IMG/VR virus record: IMGVR_UViG_3300037310_000496
DNA: 64,000 nt
DNA from: a virus
Direction: 5' to 3' (one strand)
The position numbers and the translations under genes were made by a program. This document shows, piece by piece, positions 9,150 to 17,590 of this stretch (positions are counted from its first letter, which is position 1; each line of letters opens with the position of its first letter). The notes under the pieces are model-generated. The model was given only the letters and a program-made list of their open reading frames with translations, made no database searches and was not told the origin of the DNA.

Positions 9150-9437
9150 CTATGGCATGTGAACAAATGGGTTGTTGTATCCATCATCAAAATCATCTTC
9201 GTCATTGTCATGCTTAATTTTAGTGGTATTGATGATTTCAATACAAATGATGTGACAATGTGGAAATATAAAATAGTCATTTAAGACAAGAAATTTGTGT
9301 GTAACATTAGTCACTATTCCAATCTTTTCGACTGTTGGTAAGATGATTTTACATTTTAATCCTACCAATTTTTTATATATGTCCTCTTCAGGTATTTTTC
9401 GTTTGCCAAATATTATTTTCTTTAAAAATGAAAACAT
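9150..9437 (-). CDS. Small protein, possible Sm/Hfq-like fold with acidic tail
   Basis: helix then CKIILP-KIGIVTNV-KFLVL-YFIFPHCHI-ICIEI beta pattern; ATG 9437 with GGAG upstream; lies between tRNA and Y RNA. Confidence 0.4.
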   Translation of the reverse strand: MFSFLKKIIFGKRKIPEEDIYKKLVGLKCKIILPTVEKIGIVTNVTHKFLVLNDYFIFPHCHIICIEIINTTKIKHDNDEDDFDDGYNNPFVHMP

Positions 9438-9472
9438 TTCATCATTCTCCGTGACATTTAAATATAGCACGA

Positions 9473-9543
9473 TGAATATATCCGGAATCGAACCGGAAAT
9501 GACAACTTATAAGACTGCAGTGATTCCATTTCACTATATATTC
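9473..9543 (-). tRNA. tRNA-Ile(UAU), CCA not encoded
   Basis: Acceptor GAAUAUA/UAUAUUC, A73, D arm GUGA-AAUGGAA-UCAC, anticodon loop CU-UAU-AA (stem has 3 G-U pairs), T arm UCCGG-UUCGAUU-CCGGA; TTTAAATA box at 9570-9577. Confidence 0.85.
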
Positions 9544-9611
9544 ATCAAAGAAACCATATTGCACCTTATTATTTAAATATTTGTAGAGGTAACCATAATA
9601 TGTCAATCATG

Positions 9612-9665
9612 TTATTCATATTATTTATATTATTTATATTATTCATATTATTTATATTATTCATA
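9612..9665. repeat. 9-bp tandem repeat x6 (TTATTYATA)
   Basis: ttattcata/ttatttata, six consecutive units. Confidence 0.9.
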
Positions 9666-9689
9666 TCATAATATTTATTAGTATCAAAT

Positions 9690-9923
9690 ATGTCATGTTT
9701 ATCAATGGTGACTATTCCAACAAGAAAGAAAATACAATTCCATGAAGATGACAACGGATTTTACGTGACAGTAAAATGTTCCAATTGCTACGAGCTGTTG
9801 ATGAAACATGATTATGATGTCATGCCTATTAATTCAAGAGCTGAAAGACAAAAAATTAGCAGAATTGTGACCGAATTGTTTGTTAGCCATATAAGAGAAA
9901 AACATAGGGTAATGATGGAATAA
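9690..9923 (+). CDS. Small protein with CxxC
   Basis: 77 aa, VKCSNCYELL; upstream of the MTase. Confidence 0.5.
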   Translation: MSCLSMVTIPTRKKIQFHEDDNGFYVTVKCSNCYELLMKHDYDVMPINSRAERQKISRIVTELFVSHIREKHRVMME

Positions 9924-9941
9924 TGGCAAAGTGATGATGAA

Positions 9942-11477
9942 ATGAATATACTGGATCTTTTTTGTGGTGCCGGTGGTTTGAGTTGTGGTTTCAAAAAAGC
10001 TGGTTTTGCAATTTATGCGGGAATTGACATTGATGGCACATCTTTGAAAACGTTTTCAGTCAATCATCCTAATGCCATTGTATTGAAACATGATATTAGT
10101 CGTCATTCTCCAGAGGAATCAACAAAGACATTAGGAATTGACATATCAAAAATAGACGGAATCATTGGTGGACCACCATGTCAAGGATTCAGTTACGCAG
10201 GGAAGAGACAAAAGACTGATTTGAATAATGTTCTATTATGGAAGTTTGTCGAGTGGGTAAATTATGTCAGACCAAAATTTTTTCTTATGGAAAATGTAAT
10301 TGGACTATTGACATTTGAAAAGGGAATGACATATCAATTATTGTACAATTTAATGTGTAATATGGGTTATGTTGTCCAATGTAAAGCCATGAATTTTGGA
10401 GAATATGGTTTACCTCAAAAAAGAGAACGAATTATTATAATTGGATTGAATATGAACAAGATAGGATTTCCAATTATTGAAAATTTTCATCCCAATGAAA
10501 CTCATTATGTTCCAAAAGAAATGACAGGAATTTATGGAAACAAATCGAAGATGATACACCATAATATTCATGGAATTGATTATTTCTTTGATGGATATGA
10601 CAATTTAAATTCATTGAAGAAATTTGTGAATATCGAAGAAGCCTTTTATGGATTATCAAATGATACTAGTAAATGTGATAATGTTATAAAATTAAATTAT
10701 AATGATAACGACAATGAAGATACTAAACAATCAAATAAATCAGAATTCATTGATTTCGTCACTGACAATAAAAAAACTATTTATACATCTAATCATATAT
10801 CAAAAAAAGTAAATCAAAAATATATCCCAATATTGAATTCAATTGCTGAAGGTCAAATGTATCGTAGCAATAGATTTGGAAACAAATATGTCGGAGTGTG
10901 GGATATTTATGGGAAATCATTTAGTGATATCCAAATTAAAATTTTAAAGGTGATTAGCAAACACAATGATCGATTGAAGAAAAAATATCCATATCAATAT
11001 CTATCATTGCAGGATCTGCATTCATTATTTTGTATACGCCAAGAATTATTGGAACGCATTGATCCGTTAATTCTAAATCACGCTATCGACAATTTAGTGG
11101 ACGATGGATGGATAAAAATAGTATGGGTCGATGACGACTATGACAATATCCCAACATATCGTTTGACAAATAAATCAGGATTATATCCACGTTTTCAACG
11201 ACTAGATAGAAAATCAATTTCAAATACCATCATGACAAATGATTTTGATGGCAGGAATAAAATTCATCCGACTATAAATAGAGGTCTATCATTACGAGAA
11301 GGAGCCAGAATACAATCATTTCCCGATGATTTTATTTTCTATGGTAATTTCAGTGATATTGTCAAGCAAATAGGGAATGCAGTTCCACCTTTAATTGCTT
11401 ACAAATTAGGCATTCATATAATAAAACTTCTTGGCGGAGAAAAAATATCGTCAATTCAATCAAATATAACTATTTGA
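9942..11477 (+). CDS. dcm: DNA (cytosine-5)-methyltransferase
   Basis: Motifs I LDLFCGAGG, IV GGPPCQGFS, VI ENV, VIII QKRERIII, IX-X REGARIQSFPD, QIGNAVPP; long variable region. Confidence 0.95.
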   Translation: MNILDLFCGAGGLSCGFKKAGFAIYAGIDIDGTSLKTFSVNHPNAIVLKHDISRHSPEESTKTLGIDISKIDGIIGGPPCQGFSYAGKRQKTDLNNVLLWKFVEWVNYVRPKFFLMENVIGLLTFEKGMTYQLLYNLMCNMGYVVQCKAMNFGEYGLPQKRERIIIIGLNMNKIGFPIIENFHPNETHYVPKEMTGIYGNKSKMIHHNIHGIDYFFDGYDNLNSLKKFVNIEEAFYGLSNDTSKCDNVIKLNYNDNDNEDTKQSNKSEFIDFVTDNKKTIYTSNHISKKVNQKYIPILNSIAEGQMYRSNRFGNKYVGVWDIYGKSFSDIQIKILKVISKHNDRLKKKYPYQYLSLQDLHSLFCIRQELLERIDPLILNHAIDNLVDDGWIKIVWVDDDYDNIPTYRLTNKSGLYPRFQRLDRKSISNTIMTNDFDGRNKIHPTINRGLSLREGARIQSFPDDFIFYGNFSDIVKQIGNAVPPLIAYKLGIHIIKLLGGEKISSIQSNITI

Positions 11478-12061
11478 CATATCAATCTACAAAAGTTTTT
11501 TTAACGGTAGATATATGTTCAAATATGAATTTAGGTGTTTTTAAAATTGAAGGGTTTCCAGTAATATCTATTCAAAATGAAGATGTCATGGAATGGGTAG
11601 GAATTTATCATGAAAATAACCAATATAAAATAATAAACCAATATCATCAAAACCAAGATGATGTCATAAATAAAGAAATATCAAGGTCAATCAACGACAT
11701 CAAATCTTTGAACGAACTAAAAATATTAATGAGGCTATATGTAATTTTTAGGTCGAAAACGACAGTGGCTTCATTAGATGATATCCAAAAAATAACACCA
11801 AGAATTGGAGTTGATCTTACTAACGGATTGTTCTATATCAACGGAACAATTGTCGATTTAGTGCCCAATGAAATAAAAGAAATGAAAGATGCCAAATTTA
11901 ACTTCATTTACTATCGTACTACTAGAGGAAGTATTGGGAATAACATAAACCCAATTTCATTCGTGTCGACATATAAAATAGGTTGGGAATGTGAACAAAT
12001 AAAAAGAGTTGCACACATAGACTTAATTTCCCAAGAACTTACATTCAAGGATGACAGATAA
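11474..12061 (+). CDS. Hypothetical protein
   Basis: ORF coupled to the MTase stop; true start may be ATG at about 11525. Confidence 0.55.
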   Translation: MTYQSTKVFLTVDICSNMNLGVFKIEGFPVISIQNEDVMEWVGIYHENNQYKIINQYHQNQDDVINKEISRSINDIKSLNELKILMRLYVIFRSKTTVASLDDIQKITPRIGVDLTNGLFYINGTIVDLVPNEIKEMKDAKFNFIYYRTTRGSIGNNINPISFVSTYKIGWECEQIKRVAHIDLISQELTFKDDR

Positions 12062-12233
12062 ATGCCGACCATTGCCATACTTGCCGATACGATCATAATT
12101 CTTGGTTATGACGAAATATTGGTTGAATTTACTAAATTTCAGCCATTGTCCATTTCAATTTCAAAACCCATTGATTATAGTGTCATGATGACAACATATT
12201 CAATACCATAAATTATATTTATAATGATAGAGA

Positions 12234-14444
12234 ATGGCAACTGAAGTTCAATATGGTGCATCTGCTACCAACGAAGCTCGTACAGGAGGAGATGTCGACT
12301 GGTCAAATCCTGGAAATAGCAATGGAAATACCACTTCAACTTATGCTGATGCCGTTTTGGATTTTAGTTCATCCCAAGAATCATCTAACTTTCTTCGAAG
12401 TATAATTGACAATTTTTCCGCAACTGGCACTATCAATAGCGTAAAACCAGCTGTATATTCAAAATATACAGATGCTGACAATATGACTATTTACATCTTA
12501 GTGTCAGCGAATGATGGAAGCAGTTACTGTTCTGGTCATAGTGTAGCTTTGACAACTACAGCGGGATGGAAAGAAGTTACATGTTCACATCATTCCTGGA
12601 CTGCCACCAATATTGACCAAATCAGGATAAGGTCATATGTCAGTGGAAGTGGCACCTTGTTTGGAACTGGATACATTTATTCATTTCGTGCTACCGTAGA
12701 CTATACTGCAGTTACTACTAATTCTACCACTCAACTATCTGACAGTAGAATCAAAACGATAGGAAATACATACCAAAGATTGTCTGATAGTCGTACGAAA
12801 GTTCTGGGAACTATATATCAGAGATCATCTGATAGTCGCACAAAAGTTCTAGGGACAATATATCAACAATTATCCGATAGTCGAACAAAAGTATTGGGAA
12901 CAACATATCAAAGGTTGTCTGACAGTCGTATAAAAGTACAGGAAATAACATTTCATAAACTGTCGGACAGTAGAGTTAAAGTTTTAGGAACAATATATCA
13001 ACGACAGTCAGACAGTCGTATTAAAAATCTTGGAGTGGTCTACCAGAGATTATCCGACAGTCACATACGAATAATAAATTCAGACATTGAATTGTTTTCG
13101 GATAGTAGAATTAGAACGAACATAACTTCATCCCTTATATCGGATAGTCGCATAAAGAAATTGGACAATGGATTTGTACTACTATCTAGCACTCAAATCA
13201 GAAATCTTAGCAAATTATTGACTACATTATCTGATTCAAGAATTAAACAAACTAGTAGTGGAATATATCCACCAATTCCCATACAGGAAAAAATTCATTA
13301 TCGTTTTGATTCAGGAGCTGAAGAAAAGATTTCTGGATTGATATCCACTGAAATTGGCACTATAACATATCCAATTTTTGGAATTGGCAAAGGTGCATTG
13401 TTTACTGGTAATGGAAGATTGGAAGTCATTGGCTATCCATTTGACCAGCATATTTTTTCCTTATCATTCTGGATTAGGCATACCAACTCATTGCCTATGG
13501 TTTCAGAACAGGTAATATTTTGGAGAGGTTCTCAATCATGGGGAGTGAAACTTACTGTTGATGGTCGAATTAGATTTTTCACTAACACTAGTGAAAATGG
13601 CGGAGGGTTGGGATCATATACAGAGATTACTACATCACAAATATTGTCAACAAACCAAATTTATCATGTTTTATGTATATATAATCCAGTTGAACGTCTT
13701 ATGAGTATATATATAAATGGAAGTATTCAATCACAAGGATTCCAACAATTTGATGTGAATGGTGGTGGTCAATATGCATATATTGGTGGAAATGACATAA
13801 GTCCATCTTTTCATGGTTATATTGACGAATTTCGGTTATGGCAAAGAACGATTGAACCTGAAACGCCAGATGAAATCCAGACAATGCAATCTCTTGGAAT
13901 ATCATCCATGAGTAGAATAAAAAAAGAGTTGTCAAATACTAAAACCAATGATACCAGAATTAAGAAAATGGACATTAAAATTGTAAAAGCGTCACTAAGT
14001 AAAATTATAGTGCCAACTACACATATACGCATCAGTGACAGTCGAATCAGAAAAAATGGCATTATTGTCAACAGTCTAAGCAATAGCCAAATAAGAAAGG
14101 ATTATGTCATCAGTCGAACTATAGACAGTCGTATCAAGTCAACACCAAAATTGATTGTAAGTGGTCATTCGATAATCAAAAGAAATGGCAACACCTTAAT
14201 GATAACATCTATTACGAAAGTCATTAAAACAAATGCCATAATATTAAATTCCAATACAAGAATCAAAAAATCGATTATGGTTTCTACAGTTTCCTCTTCG
14301 GTTGTTCGGCATCCAAATAAATTGCATACCAAATTAAGTGATTCACGAATAAGATTATCCAATCAGACATTGAAAACATCAGAGAGTAAAATAGTTGTTC
14401 TAAAAGGAAAGTTGGATGTCAAATTTACTAAGAAATTAATATAG
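12234..14444 (+). CDS. Virion/adhesin protein with LamG (concanavalin-like) domain and SDSRxK repeats
   Basis: FSLSFWI...YHVLCIY...IYING...YIGG...FHGYIDEFRLW (LamG) flanked on both sides by many SDSR(I/T)K-type repeats. Confidence 0.8.
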   Translation: MATEVQYGASATNEARTGGDVDWSNPGNSNGNTTSTYADAVLDFSSSQESSNFLRSIIDNFSATGTINSVKPAVYSKYTDADNMTIYILVSANDGSSYCSGHSVALTTTAGWKEVTCSHHSWTATNIDQIRIRSYVSGSGTLFGTGYIYSFRATVDYTAVTTNSTTQLSDSRIKTIGNTYQRLSDSRTKVLGTIYQRSSDSRTKVLGTIYQQLSDSRTKVLGTTYQRLSDSRIKVQEITFHKLSDSRVKVLGTIYQRQSDSRIKNLGVVYQRLSDSHIRIINSDIELFSDSRIRTNITSSLISDSRIKKLDNGFVLLSSTQIRNLSKLLTTLSDSRIKQTSSGIYPPIPIQEKIHYRFDSGAEEKISGLISTEIGTITYPIFGIGKGALFTGNGRLEVIGYPFDQHIFSLSFWIRHTNSLPMVSEQVIFWRGSQSWGVKLTVDGRIRFFTNTSENGGGLGSYTEITTSQILSTNQIYHVLCIYNPVERLMSIYINGSIQSQGFQQFDVNGGGQYAYIGGNDISPSFHGYIDEFRLWQRTIEPETPDEIQTMQSLGISSMSRIKKELSNTKTNDTRIKKMDIKIVKASLSKIIVPTTHIRISDSRIRKNGIIVNSLSNSQIRKDYVISRTIDSRIKSTPKLIVSGHSIIKRNGNTLMITSITKVIKTNAIILNSNTRIKKSIMVSTVSSSVVRHPNKLHTKLSDSRIRLSNQTLKTSESKIVVLKGKLDVKFTKKLI
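12735..13245 (+). repeat. 45-bp (15-aa) degenerate coding repeat xLSDSRxKVLGTIYQ
   Basis: About 11 units visible in protein 12234..14444; similar units recur after the LamG domain. Confidence 0.8.
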
Positions 14445-14495
14445 ATATCACCAATTGATATACCAATAGAAATCTTTTTCTTTGACCATATTCAT

Positions 14496-14936
14496 ATGTG
14501 GATAATGACATCTGAAATTAAAATAACTTCTGAACAAGTTATTAAGCTATTCAATCAAGCATTTGATTATCCAAATACACTAAAGGAACTGATGACAACA
14601 GGTGGTCTTACAGACCGACAAAGAGACACTCTTCTATGGTTGACTGACAACAGGTCAATCGAAGAAATTACACTCCTATTGGCGGAAAGAGGAGGTCATC
14701 AAGGACAAAATGAACATAAAGTGTTCACGTTCAATACCTATGAAGCTCTAAACGGTGCAATAAAAAAATATGCCCATGCAGTTTCACTGATAATGTCATT
14801 GACATATGATGAAAATGGCATTAAAATCATAAAAGCCATCATGAATCGTGTAGCCGAAATAAATCCGTCTAATAGACCGCTTTATGGGGTTGAATTGTCG
14901 TCGAAACTTAAAAAAATGAAGAAAAAGACCAGGTAA
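14496..14936 (+). CDS. Hypothetical protein
   Basis: 146 aa ORF in operon with the helicase. Confidence 0.55.
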   Translation: MWIMTSEIKITSEQVIKLFNQAFDYPNTLKELMTTGGLTDRQRDTLLWLTDNRSIEEITLLLAERGGHQGQNEHKVFTFNTYEALNGAIKKYAHAVSLIMSLTYDENGIKIIKAIMNRVAEINPSNRPLYGVELSSKLKKMKKKTR

Positions 14937-14942
14937 TAAAAA

Positions 14943-16613
14943 ATGTTAAAACCAATTGTACTGCCAGAAACATACCGAAAGAAAAAAATGTTGGACAGTG
15001 AACGAATCCTTATTGTAATGAGAAACGTTCTTTCCACTTTGACTGGACCAATCAATATTGTTCAGACAGTAAGTTATGCGCTCAGATATAAAGTGCCTAA
15101 TGCTGACAAGATAAGAGAATATCGAATTGGATATTATAATGAACAGGCACTCTTAGCCAAAAGGAATGGAGACGAAAATCTTTGTGAAAAATACCTAAAT
15201 AAGGCGTTAATTGCCCAAAATTGGGATGGCTACCAATATTTGATAACCAATGGTGTATTTGGCACTGGATTGATTGAAGACTTAGTGATGATCTTGATTG
15301 ATCTTGGAATTCCCTACCGAATAGAAGACAAAAGGGAAATGCAGGATGAATGTATTATTGAACCTTTGTCGTTGCAAACTTTGCGTGATGACCAACAGGA
15401 AGCAATGACGTCAATAGAAAAAAATGACTGGGTTGGTATTGTACATGCACCAACGGCATATGGAAAAACAGTATTGGGTTCAGCAATTATCAATCGACTA
15501 CAAAAATATACTATCATTGTAGTCGACAGGTCAGTCCTGATTGAGCAATGGAAAGATAGGCTTGTCCTTTCGTTTGACCTTACGGCTCATCCTATCAAAG
15601 GATCTTCAGGATATTACCTATATCCCAATAGCTATACGTCTGAATTTCCTGTGATAACCATTCTTGGATCAGCATTGTTGCGTGCAGTAAATACACATAA
15701 AAGTGACAAGAATGAAAAATTACTTAGGCGTGATCGAACGATAGAGTTTATCTGCTCCTCAAAAATTGGACTGGTCATTTATGATGAAGTCCACCATGCA
15801 GCTAGTCCAAGTGGACAAATTGCTCTCACGATGATAAAAGCCAGATATCGCATTGGACTGACTGCAACCGTAAACATAAGAGAAGATGGAAGTGACCCGG
15901 AATATCTCGCCTTGATTGGTCAAGTTATATATTATATGGCACCTGGCGACTTGATTGACTTAGGTCACGCTAAAAAAATTGAGGTTAACTTAATTCAACC
16001 GAACTATCACATCAATGAATTGACAGCTTACTTTCAATATGGCAATATTCAATATTCGGAATTTTACGAAAGCTTCATTGTTTTTAATGAGACAAGAAAC
16101 ATGTCAATTGTACGTGCAGTCTTGTCCCAAATATTGAACAATCGTTCAGTATTGGTTATTGTGGATAGAATTTTACATGCCCAATTATTGGCAAATAGAC
16201 TCGGTGAAAATGTAGCGCAATCAATTACTGGAAACGAATCAATCAGTGATAGACAAGAGAAAATAAAGAGATTCAATTCTGGTATGTTTAAATGTCTCAT
16301 TGGAACATTTGGTCTAGTAGGTGAAGGATTTGACATTCCACGAATTGAAAGTGTGGTATTGGTGTCCGGTCAAAGTGAAATAAAGATACGACAATCTATC
16401 GGTCGTCTTATGAGACTTTGGAACAATCCCATAGGTTATTTATATGATATAATTGATCAGGTTTCTCCTTTTAAGGATCATTTTGAAAATAGACTGGATA
16501 TTTATTTGTCTGATTCATCCATGTTTGTGTTTGATGCAAATGAAACAAAAAAATATCCAGAATGGATTCGTTCACGTATAGAAGAAACATACATTGATAT
16601 TGTCAATCATTGA
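14943..16613 (+). CDS. SF2 DNA helicase (XPB/Rad25/UvsW-like)
   Basis: APTAYGKT, DEVHH, GLTAT, EGFDIP, QSIGRLMR. Confidence 0.9.
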   Translation: MLKPIVLPETYRKKKMLDSERILIVMRNVLSTLTGPINIVQTVSYALRYKVPNADKIREYRIGYYNEQALLAKRNGDENLCEKYLNKALIAQNWDGYQYLITNGVFGTGLIEDLVMILIDLGIPYRIEDKREMQDECIIEPLSLQTLRDDQQEAMTSIEKNDWVGIVHAPTAYGKTVLGSAIINRLQKYTIIVVDRSVLIEQWKDRLVLSFDLTAHPIKGSSGYYLYPNSYTSEFPVITILGSALLRAVNTHKSDKNEKLLRRDRTIEFICSSKIGLVIYDEVHHAASPSGQIALTMIKARYRIGLTATVNIREDGSDPEYLALIGQVIYYMAPGDLIDLGHAKKIEVNLIQPNYHINELTAYFQYGNIQYSEFYESFIVFNETRNMSIVRAVLSQILNNRSVLVIVDRILHAQLLANRLGENVAQSITGNESISDRQEKIKRFNSGMFKCLIGTFGLVGEGFDIPRIESVVLVSGQSEIKIRQSIGRLMRLWNNPIGYLYDIIDQVSPFKDHFENRLDIYLSDSSMFVFDANETKKYPEWIRSRIEETYIDIVNH

Positions 16614-17109
16614 TTCCATAATAGTCAACCAAATTTTTAGGTATGTCTAGTATGTTCTTGGCAATATACATAAAATATAATTCATATAGCATTTCACGTT
16701 TTGTCTTCAAATTCAATGAATTGAAAAACATTCTTAAAGTGACAAGTTTTAGCCATCTATGGTTTTTATTTATAAAATATTTAATCATCTCATCTTTAGT
16801 ATCTAAAAATATGAATTTTGAATTCCTAATAATATCTATCATTTGATGATATTTCCCTTTCGCATCAAGAATGACAAACATCATTCCTGTGGAACCATCA
16901 TCTTTTTCATAGAGAAATGAACCTATGCCAGCAACAATAAAAATAGGGTATTTGTTTTTTCCTAACTGATATCCATTTACGTATCGACGATACCATTTAA
17001 TTTGTCTATTGGTATTCCATATTTCCTTTTCAATAAATCTACAATAATTGTCAAGTTCAAATAACATATTCTGTTGTGGTACAATTATCTGTTCCTCTAT
17101 TTTTTCCAC
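16603..17109 (-). CDS. Hypothetical protein
   Basis: 168 aa ORF, GTG start. Confidence 0.5.
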   Translation of the reverse strand: MEKIEEQIIVPQQNMLFELDNYCRFIEKEIWNTNRQIKWYRRYVNGYQLGKNKYPIFIVAGIGSFLYEKDDGSTGMMFVILDAKGKYHQMIDIIRNSKFIFLDTKDEMIKYFINKNHRWLKLVTLRMFFNSLNLKTKREMLYELYFMYIAKNILDIPKNLVDYYGIND

Positions 17110-17206
17110 ATCATATGTTTAATTCATGGTGAATTTAAATTGTTTGATGGAAAAATGAGATACAGAACATAAATAATGTTTAAATATTTCAGTTGGTCAT
17201 GTCATA

Positions 17207-17584
17207 TTGATGAACAGTCTATCGACACTTAAACCTCTAATGAAAAAAGAAGGTAGTATAAGAACTACTGTAAGCTTGACTCCAGATAGAAAAATATGGA
17301 GTGAATTTATGAACCAAATAAAAAAGAAGTATGGCGAAATGAAACAATCGGCAGCCACTGAAATGCTAGTCCATTGGTTTGTTGAAAATGTAACCAAATC
17401 AAATTTCGAAATGGACATATCAAAACGGACAACAACAATAAATATTACATTGTCTGTTGATTATATATTATGGACAAAATTCCATAGCAAATTAATTGGC
17501 ATGTATGGACATGACCGAAACCAATCATTGGTCATATCATTACTTGCCAATAAATACATAAATGATTTAAACCAATTATCTTAA
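17207..17584 (+). CDS. Tandem ribbon-helix-helix-like protein
   Basis: Two internal repeats: RTTVSL.PD.KIWSEF...KYG...S.ATEML..WFV and TINITLSVD..LW.KF......YG...S.VISLL..KYI. Confidence 0.55.
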   Translation: MMNSLSTLKPLMKKEGSIRTTVSLTPDRKIWSEFMNQIKKKYGEMKQSAATEMLVHWFVENVTKSNFEMDISKRTTTINITLSVDYILWTKFHSKLIGMYGHDRNQSLVISLLANKYINDLNQLS

Positions 17585-17590
17585 TATATC

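Noticed and set aside
12735-14400. Diversity-generating retroelement TR/VR pair in the repeat-rich adhesin
   Set aside because: No reverse transcriptase in the window, and repeat differences are not confined to adenines
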